Positions 46,695 to 55,489 of a stretch of 64,000 bases of DNA are shown one piece after another. The stretch comes from Candidatus Latescibacterota bacterium. GTDB taxonomy: Bacteria; Latescibacterota; UBA2968. How positions within the stretch are numbered: the stretch's first letter is position 1; the number at the start of each line of letters is the position of its first letter. The DNA is taken from positions 992,001 through 1,056,000 of the forward strand of contig OZ242320.1 in assembly GCA_965208125.1 (NCBI GenBank). The letters run 5' to 3'. The notes under the pieces were generated by a model. That model had not been told where the DNA came from. It saw only the letters and a list, made by a program, of their open reading frames with translations, and made no database searches. Made by a program: the position numbers and the translations under genes.

Positions 46695-47258
46695 ATGTCC
46701 AAAACCTTCCAAAATCGCGCCGAAGCCTTTGCCTATCTCAGCCAAAATGACCCGCGCGCGCCCAAAGCCGGAGATCCCGCGCCAGACTTTGAACTATCGG
46801 ACATCAACGGCGAAAACCCCGTGCGCCTCTCGCAACTATGCAAAGACAAACCCGTTGCACTCATCTTCGGCAGCTTCACATGACCGCCCTTTGTCCGCGA
46901 GGCAGTTAGCCTCCGCGACCTCTATGCAACATATCACAAACAGATCCACTTTCTCGTAATCTACATCCGCGAAGCCCATCCAGAAGACGGCTGGAAACTC
47001 AAAGACACAGGAATCTACGATCCAAAAACCCTTGTGGAACGCCGAAAAGTTGCAAAAACGTGCGAAGATGCCATGCAATACGGCATACGCACCTACGTTG
47101 ACGACATAGACGACGCCGTCATGAATGACTACGTCGCCTGGCCCGAACGCCTCTACCTGATCGGCACGGACAACCGCATCGCCTACGCTGGCAAACACGG
47201 TCCCTATGGATTCAGCCCCCAGGAACTCAAAGCGGCAATAGATCACATCACCCGTTGA
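46695..47258 (+). CDS. Iodothyronine-deiodinase-like selenoprotein (U63, TGA at 46881-46883), 187 aa
   Basis: Read-through gives IFGSFT-U-PPF..YIREAHPEDGW..VDD..WPERLYLI, matching deiodinase FGSCTUPPF / YIEEAH..DGW / ERLY. Confidence 0.9.
46893..46919 (+). promoter_or_regulatory. Putative SECIS of the deiodinase-like gene
   Basis: GTC-C-GCG-AGGC-AGTTA-GCCT-C-CGC-GAC; loop starts after 20 nt following the UGA. Confidence 0.65.
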
Positions 47259-48715
47259 AAATTCTCAAACGCCTCGTCCCAGACATCCGCATCCGTCGGA
47301 CTATACGTCTTAATCGCAGTAGAAGCACGCACAACATCCCGCAGTTCATCAAGCGAGCCAATCTGCCCTTTGCCCATCGCCTGCATCAAAAGATTGCCCA
47401 TTGCAGTCGCCTCAGCCGGCCCCGACAGCACCGCCCGCCCTGTCGCAGAAGCGATAAACTGGCACAAAAGCGTATTGTGAATGCCCCCACCCACAATGTG
47501 AATATCGCCGAGCTCCTTGCCTAAGGCATCTTCAAGCTGCCCCAGAACATAGCGACATTTGAGCGCCAGACTCTCCAGCGCCGTGCGAATAATATCCCCC
47601 TCGCTATCGGGCAACCTTTGACCAGTGCGCCTGCAAAAATCCCGAATGCGAGACGGCATATCCCCGGGCGTACCAAAATCGGCGTGATCCGGATCGATAA
47701 ACGACGCGAGCCGATCCGATTCCATCGCCAGCCCCATCAACTCTTCCCACGAATAATCTTTCCCCGCCAACGCCCACACGCGGCGGCACTCCTGCACAAT
47801 CCACAGCCCCGAAATATTCTTCAGAAATCGAATCGTATGATCAACGCCGCCCTCATTGGTAAAATTATGTGCAAGCGCGCGCTTATTAATCGCGGGTTCA
47901 GGCAATTCCGCCCCCATCAACGCCCACGTACCACAACTGATATAAACCGCATCGGGCGAAGAAAGAGGCACAGCCGCAACTGCCGACCCCGTATCGTGAC
48001 AAGCCGGTGCAATCACATCAATCGGTGCAATACCCATCTCATCCGCAATACGCTTGCGAATAGGCCCGAGCACCGTACTCGGAGACACCACATCCGGAAG
48101 CATATCCGTGGGAATATCGAGCGCATTGAGCATTGATTTTGCCCAGGCATTCTCGCGCGGATTGAAGAACTGCGTAGTCGTCGCATTGGAATACTCACAC
48201 ACCTTCATACCTGTAAACCAGAAATTGAACAAATCGGGCATCGTGAGAAAAGTGCGCGCAATATCGAGCTGAGGCGACTGCGCGAGACGCTGCGCGAGCA
48301 ACTGATAAAGCGTGTTAAGCTCCATAAACTGAATACCCGTCTGCTCAAAAATCTCCTCGCGAGAAACGCGCTCAAACGCGACATCCATCATCCCCTGTGT
48401 GCGCGCATCGCGGTAACAAAAGGGATTGCCGAGCAAATTGTCCTGCGCATCGAGCAAGCCATAATCGACCCCCCACGTATCACAGCCCATACCATTGAGC
48501 GGTTCCCCAGACCGAACAGCGAGACGCAACCCCGTACACATCTCGTCAAACAGCCGCAGCGCGTCCCAATAATAATGATTGCCAACAGGTATTCCCTGAT
48601 TGGAAAACCGGTGAATCTCTTCAATATCCAGACGCGCGCCATCAAAACGCCCCAAAACAGCCCGGCCGCTGGACGCACCCAAATCATAAGCGAGATAATT
48701 GGTTGTCGATGCCAT
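47243..48715 (-). CDS. rhaB: Rhamnulokinase (FGGY family)
   Basis: DLGASSGR, DTWGVDY, YRD.RT, HDTGSA, ISCGTW, TNEGG, LKNISGLW. Confidence 0.9.
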   Translation of the reverse strand: MASTTNYLAYDLGASSGRAVLGRFDGARLDIEEIHRFSNQGIPVGNHYYWDALRLFDEMCTGLRLAVRSGEPLNGMGCDTWGVDYGLLDAQDNLLGNPFCYRDARTQGMMDVAFERVSREEIFEQTGIQFMELNTLYQLLAQRLAQSPQLDIARTFLTMPDLFNFWFTGMKVCEYSNATTTQFFNPRENAWAKSMLNALDIPTDMLPDVVSPSTVLGPIRKRIADEMGIAPIDVIAPACHDTGSAVAAVPLSSPDAVYISCGTWALMGAELPEPAINKRALAHNFTNEGGVDHTIRFLKNISGLWIVQECRRVWALAGKDYSWEELMGLAMESDRLASFIDPDHADFGTPGDMPSRIRDFCRRTGQRLPDSEGDIIRTALESLALKCRYVLGQLEDALGKELGDIHIVGGGIHNTLLCQFIASATGRAVLSGPAEATAMGNLLMQAMGKGQIGSLDELRDVVRASTAIKTYSPTDADVWDEAFENFQRVM

Positions 48716-48778
48716 AAAAAAACTCCATCAGGATGTGCAAGATTAAAGGATGAACAGGATAAAAGGCAAAAAAGCAAC

Positions 48779-48808
48779 CACAGATGAACACAGATAAACA
48801 CAGATGAA
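48779..48808. repeat. 10-nt tandem repeat (CACAGATRAA x3)
   Basis: CACAGATGAA-CACAGATAAA-CACAGATGAA. Confidence 0.75.
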
Positions 48809-48960
48809 AGGCACTCCTTTCCGCAACAGAAGCGAGGCTGTGAGAAACAGATACAAGAGCAACAGCGCTGGTGCAATTCGCATTGTGTTTATAAAATTCA
48901 GTGGCTATTATAGGACGCAGTTGGGAAGTGTCAAGTATTTCGTTATCAGGAGTGTGTATT

Positions 48961-50586
48961 ATGAGCAAAGACTTGAAAGCAGTTTTTCATTTTTGGAAGC
49001 GTTTTGCAAGTCAAAATGGCCTGAATCGCCGCGATTTAATCAAAGGCGTCGGCGCCGTAAGTCTCGGTCTCGCAGCCGGAACCTTCGCCGCGCCACAGCT
49101 CTACGGAAATTCAAACGTAGCGAAATCAAAACGACGCAATCGCATCCAACTCGAAAACGCCGAGCGTGGAACGCGCGACTGGTTGCTCACTAAGACCGAC
49201 ATCAACGACATCGAACCGGTGGCGTTGTGGCGTTCTCCGCGAATTGAGGGCTACTGCTCCGAGACGAGCGTGAGCGCTGGCGACACGATCAAGATCATGG
49301 TGAGCACGAATCCAGTGTCCCAGTTTGATCTGGAGATCTTTCGCACAGGCTATTACGGCGGAACCGGCGGTCGTTTCATGAAGCGTTTTGATTCTCTACA
49401 GGGCAAAACCCAGGCCGATCCGTCGATAGGCGAAAACCGTCTGCGCGAATGCACCTGGGAACCTTCCGTAGAATTTGAGATTCCAGACGATTGGCTCAGC
49501 GGCGTCTATCTGGGCAAACTCACTGCCAAGGAGGGCGGCGTACAAAGCTACGTCATCTTTATTGTGCGCGATGATCGCCTCTGCGATTTGCTCTTCCAGT
49601 GCAGCGACATGACCTGGCAGGCCTACAACAGTTGGCCTACCAACGAGTGGTCTCTTTACCACAACGACGAGAATGGCTACACGGGATATAAAAAAAGGAA
49701 AAAGTGGAGTACGGGTCCGGATACCGGATGGGTGAGTTTTGACCGTCCCTATGCCAATTTTTGCATGGATCATCTTGTCAAGAATCCCAAGTCCGTGGGC
49801 ACGGGCGAGTTTCTTCTTTGGGAATTTCCACTGTCCTATTGGATAGAGCAGCAGGGGTACGATGTGTCGTATATCTCAAATGTGGATACGCACAGGCACG
49901 GGCCGCGATTGCAGCGCACGAAAGGCTTTATCTCGGTGGGCCATGACGAGTATTGGACCCGGGAGATGTACGACAACATCAGCGCGGCCCGAGACGCGGG
50001 CGTCAACCTTGTCTTCCTGAGCGGGAACTCCATCTGGGGCGTTGTACCTTTGTTGCCCTCCGCCAAGGGGCAGTCCCACCGGATCATGCGTCGGGAAGGC
50101 GTATTCCTGGGCGAGAAACTTGGCGGGATGTATCACAAGCGAACAGGCTTCAAGTATCCGCCGGGGCCGGACGGGGCACTGCTTATGGGTGGACGTACGG
50201 CCGGTATCGGCGGCGGCGGAGACTGGGTCTGCGTCAAGCCCGATCACTGGCTATATCAAGGCACAGACCTGAAAGAAGGCGACGCAATCAAAGGCCTGGT
50301 GGGATGGGAATGGCACGGTTCTCCCCCTTACGATCAGCCCGGGATGGAAATCCTGGCGAAAGGCGCCACGAAAAATAACCAGGGAAAAGTCAAACCGCCC
50401 CATGTCGCGACGATCTACGACGGGCCCAGGAACAACTTTGTGTTCAACGCCGGGACGATCTGGTGGGCGCAAGGTTTGTCATCGCCTCCAGGCCACGTAC
50501 TACCCGCGCGGGTTGCCGAGCCGCAAGGCCCGGACCCGCGCGTGCAGCGTATGATGGAGAATGTGTTCCAACAGTTTATCCAATGA
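48961..50586 (+). CDS. N,N-dimethylformamidase beta-subunit-like protein, copy 1, Tat signal
   Basis: NRRDLIK; IEGY, R.GYYGG, SGVYL, TWQAYN, SLY, VSFDRPY, GHDEYW, GWE, VFNAGT. Confidence 0.8.
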   Translation: MSKDLKAVFHFWKRFASQNGLNRRDLIKGVGAVSLGLAAGTFAAPQLYGNSNVAKSKRRNRIQLENAERGTRDWLLTKTDINDIEPVALWRSPRIEGYCSETSVSAGDTIKIMVSTNPVSQFDLEIFRTGYYGGTGGRFMKRFDSLQGKTQADPSIGENRLRECTWEPSVEFEIPDDWLSGVYLGKLTAKEGGVQSYVIFIVRDDRLCDLLFQCSDMTWQAYNSWPTNEWSLYHNDENGYTGYKKRKKWSTGPDTGWVSFDRPYANFCMDHLVKNPKSVGTGEFLLWEFPLSYWIEQQGYDVSYISNVDTHRHGPRLQRTKGFISVGHDEYWTREMYDNISAARDAGVNLVFLSGNSIWGVVPLLPSAKGQSHRIMRREGVFLGEKLGGMYHKRTGFKYPPGPDGALLMGGRTAGIGGGGDWVCVKPDHWLYQGTDLKEGDAIKGLVGWEWHGSPPYDQPGMEILAKGATKNNQGKVKPPHVATIYDGPRNNFVFNAGTIWWAQGLSSPPGHVLPARVAEPQGPDPRVQRMMENVFQQFIQ

Positions 50587-50603
50587 TGATTAAGGAGGAG
50601 AAC

Positions 50604-51929
50604 TTGAATCGAAATACCCAGAGACCAAATATCCTGTTCATCATGACAGATCAACAGCACGCAGGCATGATGAGCTGCACAGGTAATAAGTGGTTGAAGA
50701 CGCCGGCCATGGATAGCCTGGCACGAGATGGCATCCGTTTTGAGATGGCATACGCGACAAACCCCGTATGTGTCGCAAGCCGAACCAGCATGGCCACAGG
50801 CGTCATGTCCTGTCGCCTTGGTGCGGGCAACAATGGCCCTGGCCTGGCGATCAAGCAACTCCCGCCTGAAGTGCACGATCATTCGATGGGCAAGATCATG
50901 AAGCGTGCCGGCTACGACACGTTCTATGGCGGAAAAGTGCATATGTGCTCCCCGCTGGCCCCAGAGAATGCAGGTTATGACGAATATTTCCGGAATGATC
51001 GCGAAGAACTGCCTGCGGCCTGTCTCCAATTCATGGAGAAGAAGAGAGACAACCCCTTTTTTGCCATAGCATCATTCATCAATCCCCACGATATCTGCTT
51101 TGCTCACATTGCCCGCAATGGCGAAGATAGGCACGGCGTGTTGGCGTTACATAAGGAGGCGTCCTCCCTTGAGATGGATGAGCTTCCGCCACTTCCAGAC
51201 AACTACGCGATACAGCAGAATGAGCCTGCAGCGATCGAAGCACACCTGAATCCCAATGCGCCAACGCCCGCTATCACGATGCGGAAGGAATATGACGAGA
51301 AGGCATGGCGAATCAATCGGTGGATCTATCATCGACTTACTGAAAAAGTCGATCGCCACATCGGCGACATTTTCGACGGTTTGAAAAAAGCCGGACTCGA
51401 AGAAGACACCGTTGTGATTTTCACCAGCGACCACGGCAATATGGATGCCAGCCATAGGCTGGCATCCAAGGGTGTCTTCTATGAAGAATCGGTAGGTGTT
51501 CCGTTTATCCTCAAACACCTAGGAGGCGCTCTAGGTGGCCGTACGAACAGGACGCATCTGGTCTCCACAGGGCTCGATATCCTGCCCACGATTTGTGACT
51601 ACGCAGGCATCAAGCAGCCTGACCATCTTCTTGGTGTGAGCCTTCGTCCGCTGGCAGAGGATAGGCGTGTGGACGACTGGCGTACCTATGTGGCGTCTGA
51701 AAACCACTGGACCCGAATGATCCGAAGTCAGAGATACAAGTATTGCGCCTACGATTACGCGTTCGGGAATGAGTCACTGGTTGATATGGAGAATGACCCT
51801 GGTGAAATGCAAAACCTTGTTGATGATCCCAAATTCCAGGACGTACTGACTGAGCATCGCAGACTCCTTGCGGATTGGAGCAACCTTTCCGAAGACAAAG
51901 ACGCCTCGAAATACCTTAAGAATGGTTAG
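50604..51929 (+). CDS. Sulfatase (Cys-type), TTG start
   Basis: PNILFIMTDQQ, CVASR, GKVH, SDHG; AAGGAGGAG RBS. Confidence 0.88.
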   Translation: MNRNTQRPNILFIMTDQQHAGMMSCTGNKWLKTPAMDSLARDGIRFEMAYATNPVCVASRTSMATGVMSCRLGAGNNGPGLAIKQLPPEVHDHSMGKIMKRAGYDTFYGGKVHMCSPLAPENAGYDEYFRNDREELPAACLQFMEKKRDNPFFAIASFINPHDICFAHIARNGEDRHGVLALHKEASSLEMDELPPLPDNYAIQQNEPAAIEAHLNPNAPTPAITMRKEYDEKAWRINRWIYHRLTEKVDRHIGDIFDGLKKAGLEEDTVVIFTSDHGNMDASHRLASKGVFYEESVGVPFILKHLGGALGGRTNRTHLVSTGLDILPTICDYAGIKQPDHLLGVSLRPLAEDRRVDDWRTYVASENHWTRMIRSQRYKYCAYDYAFGNESLVDMENDPGEMQNLVDDPKFQDVLTEHRRLLADWSNLSEDKDASKYLKNG

Positions 51930-51949
51930 TGTTGTTCGTCTCAAGTTGC

Positions 51950-52119
51950 GGACAGGCGCGTGCAGTGACGGTGCGTTGGGCGCGCATATGCGAATTGACC
52001 GGAGGCGGGAGGTCGTGAGCGTATTTCTCGTTCATCAGACTGCGGGGCCGTTCCTGAACCTGAAGAATAAGCGCTATCAACAAGTGAACGAAATGTTTCC
52101 ACTACCTAATGATCGTTGA
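51950..52119 (+). pseudogene. Possible C-terminal remnant of a beta-lactamase-type serine hydrolase
   Basis: SDGALGAHMRIDRRREVVSVFLVHQ resembles degenerate HGGA.GT..WIDP..ELV.VFL. Confidence 0.35.
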
Positions 52120-52163
52120 TCGTATAAGAGTAGAACTAGAAAGTGATGAACGGAGAAAACAGC

Positions 52164-53660
52164 ATGAACGAATCGAATAGCCTGATCCGGCGAGAAAACG
52201 AAAAACCTGGAACGCGCGACTGGCTGCTTACCAACGCGTACATCGACCCGGATACCTGGTGGCGTTCCCCGCGAATCGAGGGCTACTGCTCCGAGACGAG
52301 CGTGAGCGCTGGCGACTCACTCAAGATCATGGTGAGCACGAATCCGGTGTCGGAGTTCAGTCTGGAAATCTTCCGAACGGGCTACTATGGCGGAACCGGC
52401 GCGCGATCCGTGAAGAAGTTTGAATCTATTCAGGGCAAAACCCAACCTGACCCGCCCATCGGCGATAACCGCCTGCGTGAATGCAAATGGGAACCATCGG
52501 TGGAATTTGAGATTCCCGACGATTGGCTGAGTGGTGTCTATCTCGGCAAACTCACCGCCAAGAAGGTGAGCGGCGTCTATCAAAGCAGACTCACTGCCAA
52601 CAAAGATGGTCTGCAAAGCTATGTCATCTTCATCGTGCGTGACGACCGCCCTTGTGACCTGCTATTCCAGTGCAGCGACATGACCTGGCAAGCCTACAAT
52701 AGCTGGCCCGATGACAGGTGGTCTCTTTACCACGCCGACAAGGAGGTCTACAATCCGAATGGAAGGAAAAAATGGCTCACAGATCTGGAAACCGGGTGGG
52801 TGAGTTTTGATCGTCCCTACGCTAATTTTTGTCAGGACCATCTCGTCGATAGACCTGACTCCGTGGGGTCGGGAGAGTTTCTTCTCTGGGAATTCCCGTT
52901 GTCCTATTGGATGGAGCAGCAGGGCTACGATGTGTCCTATATTTCGAACGTGGATACGCACAGGCACGGTCCGAGATTGCAGCTCGCGAAAAGTTTCATT
53001 TCCGTGGGCCATGACGAGTATTGGACGCGGGAGATGTACGACAACGTCAGCGCGGCCCGCGACGCAGGTCTCAACCTTGCCTTCCTGAGTGGTAATACGA
53101 TGTTTGGTGTGGTGCCTTTGCTGCCCTCCGCTGAGGGGCAGCCCCACCGGATCATCCGCCGCGAAAGCTATTTCATTGGCGAGGAACGCTATAAGCAGGC
53201 TCAGGAGCAACGAGGCATAAAGCTCAAGTATCCGCCAGGGCCAGACGGGGCGTTGCTCATGGGTGGACGCCACGCCGGCCTCGGCGGTGGTGACTTTGTC
53301 TGCGCCAAGCCCGAACACTGGCTGTATGAAGGCACTGATATGAAAGAAGGCGACGCCGTCAATGGCCTGGTGGGCTGGGAATGGAACGGCCATCCCGCCC
53401 GCGATTTACCCGGTCATGAAATCCTGGCTACAAGCAATGCGGTTGACGGAAGAAATAGACTCGATTCATCCCATGCAGCGACGATCTACAATGGACCCAG
53501 GGACAACGTTGTATTCAATGCCGCATCCATCTGGTATGCGCAAGGTGTGTCATCGCCTCCAGGCCATGTTTTGCCCGCAAATAGACACGCCCGGCCGCAA
53601 GGCCCTGACTCGCGCGTGCAGCGTATGACGGCGAATCTATTCGATCGGTTTATCAAGTAA
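52164..53660 (+). CDS. Dimethylformamidase beta-like protein, copy 2, no signal peptide
   Basis: Same motifs as copy 1; GGAG RBS; internal 39-bp tandem duplication at 52527-52604. Confidence 0.8.
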   Translation: MNESNSLIRRENEKPGTRDWLLTNAYIDPDTWWRSPRIEGYCSETSVSAGDSLKIMVSTNPVSEFSLEIFRTGYYGGTGARSVKKFESIQGKTQPDPPIGDNRLRECKWEPSVEFEIPDDWLSGVYLGKLTAKKVSGVYQSRLTANKDGLQSYVIFIVRDDRPCDLLFQCSDMTWQAYNSWPDDRWSLYHADKEVYNPNGRKKWLTDLETGWVSFDRPYANFCQDHLVDRPDSVGSGEFLLWEFPLSYWMEQQGYDVSYISNVDTHRHGPRLQLAKSFISVGHDEYWTREMYDNVSAARDAGLNLAFLSGNTMFGVVPLLPSAEGQPHRIIRRESYFIGEERYKQAQEQRGIKLKYPPGPDGALLMGGRHAGLGGGDFVCAKPEHWLYEGTDMKEGDAVNGLVGWEWNGHPARDLPGHEILATSNAVDGRNRLDSSHAATIYNGPRDNVVFNAASIWYAQGVSSPPGHVLPANRHARPQGPDSRVQRMTANLFDRFIK

Positions 53661-53743
53661 GGTCCAACAATGGGAAAAGGAGACAAGTGGAACGCGTTGA
53701 CACATTGCCCTGATGCCCTCCACATAATATTAGAAAATTTTAA

Positions 53744-53772
53744 ACCCCTGGAGAGATACTCTCTTCAGGGGT
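53744..53772 (-). terminator. Hairpin terminator
   Basis: ACCCCTGGAGAG-ATACT-CTCTTCAGGGGT; U-rich tail on the minus strand. Confidence 0.55.
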
Positions 53773-53842
53773 AATTTGGATGGATTTGGGTTGCAATCTA
53801 AACGCGAACATCCCAAAACGCGAGGACTATATAATTGTGTGA

Positions 53843-54031
53843 TCAGATGGTACGCGCACTGCTTTTTTCCGCCGTTTTCAACAACCTTGGTGCTAATTTA
53901 ACGACCTTACGCTTGCTTGCTTTCTGGCGTTTCTTTGCTTCTAAAAATAGTGTACGCACGTTATAGTCGTGTAATGCTGCCAACTCTTCGCGAATTGTTC
54001 GGACTTCCTTGATGATATCGTCGTGGTCCAT
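53843..54031 (-). CDS. Small protein of the type found downstream of PIN toxins (putative antitoxin)
   Basis: DDIIKEVRTIREELAA motif; GGAG RBS within the PIN remnant. Confidence 0.65.
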   Translation of the reverse strand: MDHDDIIKEVRTIREELAALHDYNVRTLFLEAKKRQKASKRKVVKLAPRLLKTAEKSSARTI

Positions 54032-54035
54032 TGTA

Positions 54036-54176
54036 TTACTCTCCTAATAATTCCTCTGGCGTGCAGATGATGGGTGGTTCATACCCTTTTAAGCGACACT
54101 TTCGTTCAATCTGATTTCTTATCGTAGCATTAGCCAAATGTGCAAAATTCCAGGTTAATAGATATTCAATGCCTCC
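54036..54176 (-). pseudogene. C-terminal fragment of a PIN/VapC-like toxin
   Basis: GIEYLLTWNFAHLANATIR..PIICTPEELLGE*; 5' part replaced by the cassette. Confidence 0.75.
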
Positions 54177-54192
54177 GCGCAAATACTCATAA

Positions 54193-54244
54193 ATTGATAT
54201 TTCAAAATTACGGTGTTATACTACACAAGTCAATGGAATGCCTC
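54193..54244 (+). promoter_or_regulatory. Sigma70 promoter, copy 1 of a ~52-bp direct repeat
   Basis: TTGATA-N17-TATACT with TG, then ACACAAGTCAATGGAATGCCTC. Confidence 0.8.
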
Positions 54245-54280
54245 CTGAAAATAAATCCATCAACGGAGCAATACAAAATC

Positions 54281-54505
54281 ATGAACCGTCTTTCACGACA
54301 AGAGAAAATCCGTATTTTTCGATATTTATTTCCTGTCGCTATTGTCCTGTCATTATTGTTGTACGGCATTTTTGGTTCAAAGGTGATATGGAATGTGGTC
54401 TTATATCTGGCGATTGCCACATTTATCTTGCGGATGATACGCATGTGGCTTGAGTTTAAGGAAGAAAAAAAAGATCAAGAAAAAAAGGAATGTAATCTTG
54501 TATAG
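54281..54505 (+). CDS. 74-aa two-transmembrane-helix protein
   Basis: YLFPVAIVLSLLLYGIF and VIWNVVLYLAIATFIL, charged tail; GGAG RBS. Confidence 0.65.
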   Translation: MNRLSRQEKIRIFRYLFPVAIVLSLLLYGIFGSKVIWNVVLYLAIATFILRMIRMWLEFKEEKKDQEKKECNLV

Positions 54506-54520
54506 AAAGGAGGTAAGGGA

Positions 54521-55453
54521 ATGCCGAAACCGAAGAAACTCACACGCACAGCGAGGCTTGCCAATAAGGGCCTCATTCATCCCCCACCCTGGCTGCCAGA
54601 CAACATGATGCTCGAAGGACTAACCGGATCTTTTGCCTACGGATGCGAAGACCCGAAAAAGGCTGATCGGGATATTGTTGGGATTGCCATCCCCCCAAAG
54701 ACAGTTATTTTCCCCCACCTTGCAGGATATATCCAGGGCTTCGGTACACAACCCCCAAAATTCGATCAATTCCAGGCACACGGCATAGAAGCAAAGGATG
54801 AGCGTAAGACTTATGACATTGCGATCTATAACATCGTGAAGTTCTTCCAGCTTGCAATGGAGAACAATCCAAATATGGTGGAGATTCTATTCCTGCCTCC
54901 CAGATGCCTGTTATCTACCTCCCAGATTTATGATCGCATGCGGCAAAGCCGAAAAACTTTTTTGCACAAGGGTGCATATCACAAGTTTTTGGGTTATGCC
55001 CATTCCCAGCTCAAGAAGCTCAATGCAGAAAGCCGCACAAACCCGCGCCGACAATCAGATATCGAACGGTTTGGATATGATACCAAATTCGGGTATCACC
55101 TGGTTCGCCTATCCTATGAGTGCGAAATGATCATGCGAGAAGGCGATATTGTGCTTGATCGGTATAAAGAGATCTACAAATCAATCCGTCGGGGAGAATG
55201 GACAAAGGAGCAACTCAGAGAGTTCTTTGACCGCAAAAAAGCGGAACTCGACAAGCTCTATGATGATAAGGAAAGTCCGATACCGCACAAGCCAGACGAA
55301 GACAAGATCAAAGCATTACTCCTGGAATGTCTCGAGATCCATTATGGTTCTCTAAATACCACCATCGCCAAAGACGTATCCGTTGAGGCCTTGCTCGATG
55401 AGATAGATCTGGTGACTTCAAAATATCGCAAACAAACCGAAGGCAAAAAGTAG
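54521..55453 (+). CDS. DNA Pol-beta superfamily nucleotidyltransferase (RlaP/YcgL-like, phage-type)
   Basis: GSFAYG..DRD, third Asp in YDIAIY, NNPN..E.LF, YDTK.GYHLVRL; AAGGAGGT RBS. Confidence 0.8.
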   Translation: MPKPKKLTRTARLANKGLIHPPPWLPDNMMLEGLTGSFAYGCEDPKKADRDIVGIAIPPKTVIFPHLAGYIQGFGTQPPKFDQFQAHGIEAKDERKTYDIAIYNIVKFFQLAMENNPNMVEILFLPPRCLLSTSQIYDRMRQSRKTFLHKGAYHKFLGYAHSQLKKLNAESRTNPRRQSDIERFGYDTKFGYHLVRLSYECEMIMREGDIVLDRYKEIYKSIRRGEWTKEQLREFFDRKKAELDKLYDDKESPIPHKPDEDKIKALLLECLEIHYGSLNTTIAKDVSVEALLDEIDLVTSKYRKQTEGKK

Positions 55454-55489
55454 AGTTGTATGGATTTGGAGGGAATAGGACAGAGGGTG

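Noticed and set aside
48779-48808. Short tandem repeats (also 35221-35247) as phase-variation tracts
   Set aside because: Intergenic, only 3-4 imperfect units, not within an identified promoter or CDS
48744-48884. Minus-strand hydrophobic ORF MRIAPALLLLYLFLTASLLLRK
   Set aside because: No clear RBS and it runs into repeat DNA; at most a signal-peptide remnant
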